A stretch of DNA of 64,000 nt from positions 12,002,644 to 12,066,643 of the forward strand of contig CM120643.1 in the NCBI GenBank assembly GCA_051362555.1. The letters run 5' to 3'. This DNA comes from Lingula anatina (taxonomy: Eukaryota; Animalia; Brachiopoda). The position numbers were made by a program, and so were the translations under genes. Positions within the stretch are counted from its first letter, which is position 1. The number at the start of each line of letters is the position of its first letter. Below are positions 49,801 to 62,180 of the stretch, piece after piece. The notes under the pieces are model-generated. The model was not told the origin of the DNA. It was given only the letters and a program-made list of their open reading frames with translations, and made no database searches.

Positions 49801-52800
49801 TGTTGTAAAGATGCAGGAAATGTCAAACAAACACTTTTACGTATCTTATTAATTAAATAATGAGACTGTTAACATGCCTAAGAATTGAATCTGAAGAAAT
49901 GTGAAAAAACAGCATAACTTATAAAATAATGGCCCGATTATGCTGATTTTCGAACTTGACCTGCGTTTTAGTAAGATTGATTACTCCTGTGAGTTTCATC
50001 ACAACAGGCCTATCAGTTTTCTTTGAAATGTGTTAACAGTGTTGCATATATGCTGAAAAGTAAAAAAACAGCATAACTACTAAAATGGTGGCCCGATCAT
50101 GCCGATTTTCGAACTTGACCTGCGTTTTAGTAAGATTGATTACTCCTGTGAGTTTCATGACAACAGGCCTATCAGTTTTCTTTGAAATGTGTTAACAGTG
50201 TTGCATATATGCTGAAAAGTGAAAAAACAGCATAACTACTAAAATGGTGGCCCGATCATGCCGATTTTCGAACTTGACCTGCGTTTTAGTAAGATTGATT
50301 ACTCCTGTGAGTTTCATGACAACAGGCCTATCGGTTTTCTTTGAAATGTGTTAACAGTGTTGCATATATGCTGAAAAGTGAAAAAACAGCATAAATTCTA
50401 CAATAATGGCCCGATCATGCTGATTTTCGAACTTGACCTGCGTTTTATGAATATTCATCAGCTCTGTAAATATAAAGCCAAAAAGTAAAACTGTCTTCCA
50501 CTTATGGTGTTAACGCTGAAAGTGCACGGCGACGGCGACGACAAAATTGACGGCAACATGAACGGCGACGGCGACGACAGACGCAGGTGATGGCAATATG
50601 TACAGACACATCTGTGTCTGTACATAATAAAAAAGGGTCCTCATGAGTGACATTAAAGAGTTTTGATCCAAGCAGTCTACTAACAACACAGAATACACTT
50701 GTCTGGCAATCCTTGGGCTGACACAGACTGTACAGAAGAATACCTACCTGGTCTTCTCATCATTAGTGTACACTTCTAATTCACCAAACTGGCAAGTAAA
50801 ACTAGAAGAAAAAAATTTAAAAGCAAAACTGAAATCGTTTCTTAAGAGACTAAATGTGTATTTGTAATTATGAGGCCTCTTAGATGTAAATATAGGTCTA
50901 TTGTTAGTATTCTAACAAAAGGTTTATATTAAACCATCACAAGAGACTTAGCAAAGGACTATTTCAACCAACATCTGTTATCTTTTGTATTTTGAGAACA
51001 TCATACACTGTATGTACTAGTTTCAGTATCGTGCCACGTTACCTTACAGCGCAGTGTAGCTTGTCACGGAGTGTGGCGACAAAGGAGTCAATCCAGTGAT
51101 GCCTCAGCACCACTGTCCGCGACAGACTGACATGGAAGTCGTCCACAACCTTCACGTTAAGTCCAACAGGAAGACAGGCTTGAAGTTCATTGATGAGGTA
51201 AAGAAACTGTTCGTCTGGATTAACTAGAAAAAGAATTTATGTACTGTTGGGAAAAGCATGCTGGCAGCATAACTAGCAGCTACAGTGTATGACATTTACT
51301 GTATTTGGCAGCAACATAATAATGATGGACAAAGATACACACAGTTTAGTGCAAAGACTTTTTTCTTAAGGGAGCAATAAGATATTGAAAAACTTGACTT
51401 GAACAGACGCATTACGAGCAAAGAATAAACAACTCTTGATTTTTTAGTGTGCATGAAAAGGACGTACCTTAATTTACGTAGCATTATTTTACACTTCAAA
51501 TTCAAGAAAAAAATTGGCCTTCAAAGCAAAATGAGTCTTGTTATCAGATTTATGTATTTTATGCAAATTTTTCATAACAAAGTGCACAGAAAGGGGGGCT
51601 AGCTTACAAGGAATATAAACATATGTTGCCCATATGCCACGCTCATGTGGAAAACTTCTTATTCGTCCATCATGTTCTTCTGGGAAATCTTGGCTTCCTT
51701 TTTGATCTTGGAACATGGCTTTTATGTTGTCTGGCAAAGGAAGCCTGTCACTATAAAATAAAATTGACATGGTCACTATAATGTTGGTGTTAAGAAATGA
51801 AAACAATTGGTCTTTTCAAAATGGTGTAATGCAAAGATTACATAAAAACAAAATGCTTTTACCTGTAATATTGCATTCTATGTATAAAAAATAAAATAAC
51901 TGTTATAAAGACGTGTAAACCAGTCTGCTAACCTTAAACCATTTATCTGAGATTCCTAAATATAATGATATATAATTTCTAGGGCTTGCCATTTTCAATT
52001 GCAAAGATGGTAAATGGATATAGCATGTGACTGATACTTTGTCAGGCAAGTAAAAGTAAACAAATTTGGTAGAAAGAAATAGTTTGTAAAAAAAAAACAA
52101 CAGTTAAAAAATTGCATGTGAGTCTAAGAACATTTTACAATCATAAAAAAACATACATGCAAACATTAAAATGAAAATACTGTTATTTACGAATGCATGC
52201 AAAAAGCTCAGTAAAAAACATGCCTGGTGGGGTTAAAACCATTCAAAAGTTGGGGGGGGGGAGCTGTCAGTAAAATGTAAGAGGGGTTAATAAGGGAGAA
52301 AAGAAAAAATCCAGTTGTTAAGACCAACATGTGCCCTGAGCTTCTTCACTTTCAAACATCCACATGTGAGTGCTTCAATTCTCAGACTCTGATTCTGTGA
52401 TTCAATTTTATTAAGACAATCACATTTCATCATCCAAATATCATTCCCCTGTAATAAAGCATATAACACATACAAGTAGTTATCAGACCCATCTATCAGA
52501 CTTGTCGAACTGGCAAAGACCCTGAGGTCACATGTGTCACTGACTTGTTGACCTTGAAAAAAAAAGTTGCGGAATGTCAGAACCTATAAAGAATGCACCT
52601 ATTGAGTTCTGAGAAATAAAGAAGCTGGCACTGAAATTCAAGGTAAAACATGGAAATGACATTCAAAACTGTCCTTTTTAGTTGGAAATGGTTGGTGTTA
52701 GCTTATCCTGTTCAACATAACAGATATAATACCTGAGTACCAGGGTCTGTAGGTCAGGAATATATTCAATGGTTGTCATTTAGTCTTTTCAAGTCCAGCT

Positions 52801-55800
52801 ACATCTACAGGTATGGTATGGATCAGTTGTCCACCTTCCTCTAAACACAGGTAGAGCAGCAAACTAGGTGCACAGTATTTGGGCAGGGAAAAGTAGCCAA
52901 ATGACCACTTGTTGCAAGACCCCCCATCCCCCCCCCCCCAAAAAAAAAAAAAAAAACTTGGCCACATTATTTCACATCTAAGTAGCTTTGAATTTTCTCT
53001 ACTTTCTACATAAAAAGAGACGATAACCCAAGCAAAAAATTAGGGCAGATAAGCAAAAAGACAAAAGGAAAAAAGCAAACATACAAACTACTTGAGGTTT
53101 AGATACATGTACATATGCCAGAAAATATCCAAAACATGTCTCTAAATAAATACTAACAAAATGTATTAACTGCTATTTTTGTCTTTTTTCTTATTTTTTT
53201 AATCCGCTAGAGCTCTCAAAAGAAAAAAAGTAAAAGCAAGTTCAATAAAATGTTCTTAAGAAGGTGAGCCACAAAGCCACTAGCACCTGTGTTATCCTTT
53301 CTGAAACTACTGCTTCTTATAGAGCTTCAAGACATTCTGTCCAGTCACTTTTAAGATGTGTTCCACACTTACTCCTCTTATGTCTGCAACTAGTTCAGCC
53401 GTTCTGAACAGTTGCTTTTTGGAGGATTCTGATTGGTCAACTTCATACAGATAGGGAACATCTGACTCCAACAATATCTGTGAATCTCGAAGCATTTTCA
53501 GTGCTGCCCTCTGCCCAGGATTGAAGGAACCTACCAATCCAGTGAACCCAAAATGGGTGCGAGGAAACTTCTTTAGCCAATGCTTCACAACATATTTGGT
53601 CCCATAGAAATACCGCAAGTGGATCATATGGTAGGATGGGATGACATTTTGGAGATGGTCAAGAAGCATCAGGTAGGCGTGCTGTCCCTGTTTATCATAA
53701 AGCGTGCTATGGCAGTACAAAACCAGAACGTGCTGCCACTTCAGGAATGGCAAAATGTTCAACAGCATCTGCACTTGCCGTGACCAGTCTTTCATGGGCT
53801 CTGTGAAGTCAAATCCAACATGGCCTAATGCCACAACACTGGGGTGCTTCACCAACTGTGCCAATGCCATCACCCAACTATTCTGCAAGCTGAGAGACTC
53901 TGAGGCATACTGAGGATGCAAACCTATGGCTATATTCCTGTTTCCTGGGCAATTATCCAGACTTTCAAATGAGGGATAAGTATTGGGATCACAATAAAAT
54001 GACACCGAGCCCCCAAATGTGATCTCGGCCCAAGCTGGTAAAGACTGAGGAACCAATTGGTTTTCTGTCTGAATCTTTACCTCAGACAGTGGGTGACTGC
54101 TGAGACTGCTCAAAGATGATGCTGGACCATCAAAACTAACCTCCTTCCATCCTTCAGAAGGACTGACATGGCTCATCTCTGATGTGCCTCCAAGTACCCT
54201 GTTTGCCTGACAGGCTCTGTCTGCAGGAGACCGAAAAGTGTTCACCAAAAATTCCCTCTGAACAGGTGACAAAATGGCCGAGATGACCAACAAAACCCTC
54301 CAGTGACACAGCACACCTATGGCATTAACGGGACGCAATCTGAACTTCTTTGGGGAAGGGACTCGCACAAAGTCACACATGGTCTTCATGGCTTCCCGCT
54401 GGACAGGGGATATGGGACATCCAGACAATGATCTTAAATCCACAACCCTGTTGACATACTGAACCAGGTCATTCCATTTTCCGGGCCTTCCCACCAACCA
54501 TACATATAACATGGTGAGGGCTCTCCTTCTCTCTACCAAAACTTCTTCAACACACGGCAGGCACTCATCAAATACTGATGGAATGTGCAGTCCTTGGGCA
54601 TGGGCTTTTAAGTTAACAGTTTTGGTTTTACAGCCTGGAACAATGCACTGCTTTTTCTTCATTTTCTTTTTATGGCTGCTTAAGTCCTTACACTGACATG
54701 GAGGTACAATGCTTTTGATTGTAGTCTTCCCTCTCTTTTGTTTTCTTTTTCTCTTTGGTTTCTTAACATTTTGCACTGGTTGGCATTCCATACAATCAGG
54801 AGCAGTGGATTGTTCTGCCCTCTGTCGTTTCCTTTGCTTTTTGTTCTTTCTTTTCTTCGGTCCATTTTTCACCTTGATCTGATCAGGTATGGCCTCCCTT
54901 TATTTAATAAATGATATATATTAATAATATGTATCCCCTTAAGGGATATATATCATTAATATACTACACATCATTACTAACAAAACTCAACACACCTTTA
55001 CTACTAACACCACTATTATTCTCAACTTTTTCACTTACAACCTATATGCATCGTTGCTTTTAACACCACTAATTAAAACTGTTTAGTGAACCAAATGTTA
55101 GTTCTCTGGGAATACAATTTGCATCAAAACAACACAGACAGTACAGTCAGTATATGGTGACATTAATTCTGATCAAAGCATGAAAAAAGTTAATTTGTTA
55201 ATCAAAGAGATGCCATATTGCTAATGGTAATGTTGTCAAATCTTAAGCAATCTTTAGCCAGGATATCCCTTGTTTTAGCACTAAGATCACTTTGAGCAAA
55301 GAATATCAGGTGTAATACTGGTGACATACTGCATGATGGTTTTTGGCTCAAATAGATCTTTATCAACTAAAAAAATACCAAGCTGAATAGATTTCTGCAC
55401 CAATACTAATTCATCCTCAAGCATTTAAAAAAAATTCTTAGTGGAATCCAGGCCTGAGCCTACTGTGTAAAATGATACAACTATGAAAAAAGGGGAAATA
55501 ATTTAAAAGTCTCCTTTGTTTAAATCAATGATCTATCATCTAAGGGAAGTTGTGTGACTGAGGTAGTTACATGATAGCCTGTCGCATTATCAGCATGACA
55601 TTGCACATGGTCATTGTTAGGCATCAGCAGACACAAGTCTAAAAATAAGGGTGTGTGCACAAAGAGATTAAAATGATTGATTCATAACCATACTCTTAAC
55701 TAACTTAAATCTGTATGTGCAGTACAGCTGAGACTGAGAAAGTTGGACATACACAGTCAAAACTTTCAATACTCAATGTCATCAGAAAGTTACTAACTAT

Positions 55801-58800
55801 ATGTTTGGAAATCTTCAATAGCAATTTTTAAATGAAGTGTTGTAAAAAGGTGAGTTTTGGATTTATGGGGATTTACTACAAACTGTCAGCAACAGTTCAT
55901 CCAACCCCTTCCTTTTATTAACTCTCCCAAAATAGAGCAGTCTTAGGCTCCCGCTTGTATATAAGCTGAGCATTTTCTACTGTTCAGCCTGCACTCTCAA
56001 CAGCAGCATCAGCAGCATCAGCAGCTCAGCGGCAGTGGTTCTCTCACCCGCCCTCGACTCAGCTGTGTACCCGGCAGCCCACCATGACAACGGTCTCACC
56101 AGCAGCGGTTTTCAATTTGTTTTGATTAATTTTAGTCAAAATTTGTATTGTTTTTTTGTAACATTAAATTTCTTATTTTATTTATTTTGTTCTTGTCTTT
56201 TTATCTTCGATTCGTCTCCAACACAAACAATGCCACTTACTTTTTATTTATTTATGACATTGCTTTTTCAGGCCCATAATGCCATCTCAGGTAACAACAG
56301 TGATAAGCATATGTGGTAGTCTACATGAAAAAAATACTTTTTCGTATAGTAGAAACTATGTAGTTCCTCTCCGTTTTCTCTCAAAGACTTATTCACGTTT
56401 TCTACACCCTGATCCACAACAAGTGCACTTTTAATTTTGTGGTTGTTGTCACAGATTATTATAAATTGGTGAAGGTATTTTTTGTTGTCACAGTGTTAAA
56501 ATGTGGTAACTCTTGGCATTATTGCTGTTGTTATGCAGTAAAAATGATCCAGTGATGTTAAACTTGTTCATTTAATATCTTAATATCCTATTTAGGAAAC
56601 ATAATTATTTATTAATTATTTTTAATTTTGTGCGCTCGCCGTTATGTATATATTTATACATGTCATTTTTATAGTTGTTTATATTTATATTATTATCGAA
56701 CAAGTGCAGCTACAATGATAGTACTCAGTCAGCACAAGGCCCTGACATGGAACCAGAAGCCCATGAGAACGACATCTTGCCAACCTAACAGAGGGGATGA
56801 GAACACTCAGTCAACACAAGTACCTGAGGATTACAGAGAATCTGGTGAAGTGGCTCTACACAAGACTTCCAATAAAAAAGCTACAAACTCTCCTTTCAAA
56901 CTCAGCTCTGCAAGGAACAGGAGCAAAAGGAAAAGGGAGCTGGTTGGTCTAGATCAAGCAAAACATTTATACAATGTTGGGGTCTTGGTCTTAAAACTGA
57001 TATACATACACTGGATACTTTTGAAAACCTGAGAGAAACTATTAACAATAAGATTGAGGAAGTTTTTTGGAAAGACCTGAAAAGTGACAACTATAGTTAA
57101 CTTAGGACATAAAGGTTACTTTAAAAAACATATGCTCCTAAAAAAAAATCTCAATGAAAGCATTGCAATCGGAAATAAAGACTTGCGAAAATGCGGGTTA
57201 GTGATCACGACTTGGAAATTGAACAGGGTCACTATACATCTCTAAATACCTCTGCTGAGAATCGTAAGTGCCCCACTGTAATGGAAATTGGAATGGAAAT
57301 TCATTTTTACTGAAATGTAAAGAACATAAGAGATGGAAGAAGTAGACTCATGATACCTCCTGAGCAGAAAAGAGACCATGAAAAACTTGACTGGCTGCTC
57401 AGTCCAAAAAGTGAAACATGCTTAAGAGCCTTACATATATGTATAATTATATAATAGAAAGTTTGAAGAAACAATACACTCTTCACTAGCAATAGTCATT
57501 TAAATGTACCCCTTGCTATTTCCCAGTAATCATTCCATATGTAATTTGTATTTATACAGATGTTATGAAACTAAAAGTAGAGTAGAGAGCCTGTAAAAAG
57601 TAACTGGTACACAACTCTTCATAATTTGGTCATCACTGATCAGGATGACCATGAGTATCACAAAATGGATAGCACGAAGACCTAATAATACCACAATGAT
57701 CAACTGTTCTTCAGATTATTTTCTGGCAACTGGCAATTACTGTCACAAAAGGACACGGGACGATGCTCACCAGGTTTCGAAAGAACCACCCTTTTTGTCA
57801 GGAAAAGGTCTAATCTGGGTAAATTTTGTTCTATGTGCACTAAGGAATCATTGTAAAAGGTCCACTTTTTCGGAAAAAGAACCCCCCTTTTGAAATTGTT
57901 GGGCACGGGCCTGCTCACTACACAGAAGTACATGTAACAACAGAAATGAAGCCAATGTCTAAACAGCAGAAACATATTCCACCTGAATCTCCTGTACAGA
58001 GCCAGGATATTGGACAGATAAGTCATGACCAGCCACTGTCAGACAGGAGTTCTCACTTCCAGATTCAGATCATCCAAGGATGGAAAACGCCTCTAAGAGA
58101 GTTCAGTGGCAAAAGACAAGGAGTACCTACAGTCTTTTTCGATGCAGAATTTCAAAATTTAAAATACAGTTGCACCCAAGAAGAAATTTACTGTGTTCCC
58201 TGTTGGTTTCAAAACCACTGACCACGTAGGGAAGCATGTCTAGGATTGTCACTCATCATCAGCAAAGCAAGGGCAAAGGCATCGCTGCACAACAAGCAGG
58301 GTTTTTACGCATCTGCAGTGGGAAAGAAGCAAGTATTATGCAGCATCTATTGCATGCTTAAAAGGAACACATAAGAAAAAGGGAGACATTCTAAGATCAA
58401 TAGCCATCACACTGTTGACATGTACAAGAAAACATGCCAATAAGAGGAAAGACTGAAGAATGGTCAAATTTTTTGGTATTTTTTCAGTTGTCAGTATCTA
58501 ACATTGTGTCTCAGCACACTGAGAAGGGCCCATGAAATGCTCAATGCATATAGATTTACATGTAGAATGAACTGCTAGATCTGATAACCAAACAAGTACA
58601 AGAAAACATTATTCCTGAATGCACTGTCACAGCTGCTCAGTATTAAATCCATCGACCAAGTGCTTAAGGACTTTGACTGTTCTGACCACAGGAGAATCCA
58701 CATGGCATTTTAAAAAAGACTATGTTGCTTGTAGTTCCCATTCATGAGTTTCATATTTTAAAAAATGATAATAAATAAATGAATTAAAAAAAAAAAAACA

Positions 58801-59849
58801 TTCTTTCGGTGAATAGATCTTAATAGTAAAATGAATTGTGAACATACACATGTGCAATCTAACTGTTTACATTTTTTAATACGAACTTTTTCATGTACAA
58901 TACATAATTGATCAGCAGTTGTTAATCCTTGAGTCCATAACTCACCTTTTACACTGACACTTCACTGAAAAACTATAAGCAGAGCTTGTGTAATATAGGG
59001 TATAGTATCCATATTTGGTTTACTTGCTGATAAAATTAACTTATACTATTTTCTGTGTTATCTATATATTATATTGTAAATGTTCATGGTTTCAAGGATT
59101 TCTTATTAATTATGATTCAGTGACTGTGTAATCTATTATATTTTTCATGGTTCAAAGATTTCATATTTATGTCTTAGTGATAATAAGTACATTGGAACAA
59201 ATTAGTTATGAAACAGCTACGCTGTCACAAGAGCTTTGACAGGGTGAATACCCACTGGTCATTGGGTTTAGATTGATTAATGGGTAGTAATTTGCAGAAT
59301 GACCACAGCAACAGCAGTAGAGAATACCCGCATTGGTGCCCCCCCCCCTTCAAATAAGCCTGGATCCACCCCTGGTCTATGAATACCATTGGTCAAAACT
59401 CTTTATTGCATTGATTTTTTTTTTAATTTAATATTATTGTTGTTATTATTATTATTATTATTTATTTTTTTGGAGGGGGGGGGGTGTACTAAGTTACTGG
59501 TAACCAATTACCACCCCGAGTGAGAATTAACCGTTCACAAGTGAGACTGCATCCAACGACCTGTGGCACTCAACCTGGTGATCCTCTTGGGGCAAAAACG
59601 CAACGCAGCTTTTGTGTGTGTGTGTGTGTGTGTTTGTGTTTTCGAAGAGCAATATAACTCACACACTACTACTTACTTTTTTTCAATCATTCCTTTTTCT
59701 GGTAAGCTTTTCACTTTTTGCTTCTTCACTTTACTTCCATGTTCATCGCTGCACGTGCGCTTCTTTCCATTTCTGTCTGGTTTTACGTCATTATCGTCTT
59801 CACTTGAACTGCCCGAGTATGACACGAGTGTCTGACTGGGCGCTGCCAT
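46893..59849 (-). CDS. USB1: U6 snRNA phosphodiesterase USB1 (2H phosphoesterase), about 284 aa
   Basis: Exons 59849-59677, 51750-51608, 51223-51043, 50801-50748, 48087-47982, 47516-47433 and 47006-46893; 855 nt with consistent phases. Motifs LVSYSGSSSED, GRIRSFPHERGIWATYVY, FHVSLS.TVVLRHHWI, YTNDEKTRSFLGL, DPSFHMS and CQTGNKKF. Both HxS catalytic motifs are intact. Confidence 0.95.
47535..47739. mobile_element. Foldback MITE in a USB1 intron
   Basis: TIRs GGGTACATTCCCAATGAGACTATAGTTCTA and TAGAATTATAGTTTCATTGGGAATGTGCCC; the inner GGAGTTGGGTCGATC resembles sequence in 1381-1597. Confidence 0.8.
48239..50630 (+). mobile_element. Apparently full-length Helentron-type non-autonomous element (about 2.4 kb) in a USB1 intron
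   Basis: 5' end AACAAGGCAGCAAAGCTGTCAAATGTACAGACA. Internal duplication of about 405 bp (49100 and 49505). Tandem array of about 159 bp (49910-50510), a (GAC/GGC)n tract, and a 3' hairpin TATGTACAGACAC-atct-GTGTCTGTACATA whose arm repeats the 5' subterminal motif. Confidence 0.85.
53307..54872 (-). CDS. Intronless TatD/TATDN2-like protein with a basic N-terminal extension and a degenerate active site, nested in USB1 intron 1
   Basis: 521 open codons (first ATG at 54791). TatD-fold motifs IAIGLHPQYA, VVALGHVGFD, LVLYCH, IHLRYFYG, HFGFTG, ILLESDVPY and AELVADIRGVSVEHIL..TGQNVLKLY. Confidence 0.8.
   Translation of the reverse strand: MKNGPKKRKNKKQRKRQRAEQSTAPDCMECQPVQNVKKPKRKRKQKRGKTTIKSIVPPCQCKDLSSHKKKMKKKQCIVPGCKTKTVNLKAHAQGLHIPSVFDECLPCVEEVLVERRRALTMLYVWLVGRPGKWNDLVQYVNRVVDLRSLSGCPISPVQREAMKTMCDFVRVPSPKKFRLRPVNAIGVLCHWRVLLVISAILSPVQREFLVNTFRSPADRACQANRVLGGTSEMSHVSPSEGWKEVSFDGPASSLSSLSSHPLSEVKIQTENQLVPQSLPAWAEITFGGSVSFYCDPNTYPSFESLDNCPGNRNIAIGLHPQYASESLSLQNSWVMALAQLVKHPSVVALGHVGFDFTEPMKDWSRQVQMLLNILPFLKWQHVLVLYCHSTLYDKQGQHAYLMLLDHLQNVIPSYHMIHLRYFYGTKYVVKHWLKKFPRTHFGFTGLVGSFNPGQRAALKMLRDSQILLESDVPYLYEVDQSESSKKQLFRTAELVADIRGVSVEHILKVTGQNVLKLYKKQ
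57940..58625 (+). mobile_element. Degenerate hAT (ZMYM1/DUF4371-type) transposase fragment
   Basis: LKYSCTQEEIYCVPCWF (TTF-type zinc finger), then frameshifted LRSIAITLLTC..IRGKTEEWSNF..QHTEKGP*NA...NELLDLITKQVQENII. Confidence 0.6.
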
Positions 59850-60270
59850 TTTTGTTTTGCATTCGAACACATCACACGTTTCTCAACACCCGATCTCAAC
59901 TGTCGCAATGCAATCAAAGTGCTAATCAAAGCGCCGCAACTCTAACAAAAACTCAATACAGTAGCTTCTCTTCTGTCTCTTTATTTGTATTAAAGTAAAT
60001 TCGATTACTTTGTAACTTTTATGCCTTTAAAATGACTGCTTACCTATATTAAACTGAGTTGAAGCGGCGTTACTAGACCTAACTGATTTGGTGTTTCCAA
60101 TGGCAAATGAACTGCGCCCTCACAAATATTAGCCTACCTCATGTAGATTGCTCTGAAAAAAAGGTATGGTAAACAAGATTTTATATTATGCAGGTGGATG
60201 GTTGCTTTATATGTCGGGAATTGAATTCTTTACATCAAAGCAAATTGTCTCGAACATATGATGTGAGTAA
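59840..60270. promoter_or_regulatory. USB1 promoter, possibly bidirectional
   Basis: YY1-like CAAAATGGCAGC overlaps the USB1 ATG. The + strand shows donor AAG|GTATGG (about 60163), acceptor tgcag| (60193) and donor |GTGAGT (about 60263), with no ORF. Confidence 0.4.
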
Positions 60271-60742
60271 TTATTTTTGTGTAAGGGTTTTTACATTTTC
60301 ACGCATTTAATGAACATCTCGTATGTGCCAAACATGCGTTTGATGCGTTCTGGAACAGTTGGTACATGTACCGAAAGGCCACAAACTTTTTGTATGAAAT
60401 GTGCATGTGGTAACTGTCATATTTCCCCGCCCCCTTTATTGTGATTATTTTCATTGTGCCCCCTTTACCTCCGAGGCTCAGCTGGCTATGGATACTGAGA
60501 AGGGGATCGAAACTGGGGCGGGGGGAATAACAATAGATAGGCCTATACCACAAGTTATAATATAAGAAGTGTTCTCTTTTCTTTCCTCTCTTTTCTTTTT
60601 CGTCCAAAATGCTTGACAGTTTCTCTACTTGAAAATCTATATAATGATTGCTAATTGTCGTGTCAGAGCTTCAGCAGGTTTGGTTGAATTCTATCGTGCC
60701 AGTCAAATATTTTAGATGCGTTTGTTAACTACAAACACGATA

Positions 60743-61021
60743 CAGTAGTGGATTTAGGGGAAGGGTGTCATACCACCCCTCCATCGATTTCTGAAAAAAA
60801 TCACACCAATGGTCCCCTCTTTAAGTGAGAATTTTGACTAGCTGAATCATAGTTCTAAACCCTACCAAATGGCACCGTTCGCGCTCTAAAATAAATTTCA
60901 GCGCGGGTCCCGAACCCCATGCCAATGGTGGTGGTGGTGGTGGGGAGGGGGGGGGGGGGGTGGAGGGTCGGCTTTGCATTCGCAGACACCTCCCATCAAA
61001 TAATCCTGCATCCGCCCCTAC
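60743..61021. mobile_element. hAT-like MITE
   Basis: Degenerate TIRs CAGTAGTGGATTTAGG and CCTGCATCCGCCCCTA, with a G-rich interior. A related end CCTGGATCCACCCCTG lies at about 59359-59374. Confidence 0.55.
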
Positions 61022-61814
61022 GATATGTTGCTTTCAACGGCACGACCAAACAGGATGCCTAGATGCGCGTTTGTGATTGCCGTGCGTAGCGCGGTTAACT
61101 GAATAATCAAACTTGTGGTTGACAATGAAAAATATATAAGAGTGCATATTTGTAGGTTTGGAGGAGAAAAAAGCTATTGGCACGCGTCGGGCCCGAAGCT
61201 AGAAGTACATGTGGCTACCAAAATACTTATTTATAAATTACTGCTCATTCGCGGAACCGATTTTTATCTTACCGACAGTATATAACTTAGATTAATATAT
61301 TATATGTAATGCTAGGGCAGTATCTCAGCTTTAGGAAGGATCCGAAGGTCTGGCAAAGTTCATTCTCCAACTCCTTGTCCAAGCATCTTTCATCAAGTTA
61401 ATATTTCATCGTCATCGAAAAGATGGGATGACAGAACGCAGGCACCCGATCTATCTAAATTTACCGTTATTATATTTAAGGAAGCCAAAAATATATAAAT
61501 GTATAATTACCACACCATAACAATGATATCACCGTAAAGCGCTTTTGTTATGAAAATTCCTTTTTTTTTGTTCCCGTCCGTAGCATAATTACGTAAATTT
61601 GACGGCCATTTTGAAAACAGTCAAATTTATTTTTATTAAATACACGTGAGGAGTTATTTCCCCCATTTATTTCAAGTGTTATACTTAAATAAAATGAAAT
61701 ATATATTTTTTTATAAAAATCACTTTAGATAATTTTAAAAAAATGAAAAAAAGTAATAATAAAAACGAATTTTGGGCTGCTCGAGATATCCCAACTTTAT
61801 CACATTGACAATTC

Positions 61815-62180
61815 ATCCCGCCAGATGGCGTTGGTGTACGAGCCTTAGAGGGCTAGGAATTGTGGGAATTATTTTGACTATTCTCATTGGTCAATATGTA
61901 CTAACTTCCTGTACCAAAGTAAATGTCCTGATATGTCATGTGAGTAGGATACAGACTAAAGACTGCTGACACTTAGCATTTCAAAGACTTCTGAAGAAAA
62001 TACCACTCACTGTGTTTGATATATTTTAGGTAAGCTGGGTATTAATATGATTCGGAACTTTGCCCTACATGTCCAAAAGGTTTGGAGAGAATGCGTCCTC
62101 AAAATATTTCCTCGACGTAGACAAATAAAGCGCGCACTGCTTCCGGTAATTTCATTTGTCACATTATCTCAGAAGAAAGG
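61815..62180 (+). promoter_or_regulatory. Promoter and non-coding first exon of the downstream + strand gene
   Basis: CCAAT (ATTGG at about 61886), ETS-like ACTTCCTGT (about 61904) and CTTCCGG (about 62140), CTCF-like CCAGATGGCG (61821), donor AG|GTAAGC after 62029, and matching acceptor ttttcag|63135. Confidence 0.5.

Noticed and set aside
56628-57032. 134-aa ORF
   Set aside because: Non-ATG start in AT-rich sequence and no recognisable motif.
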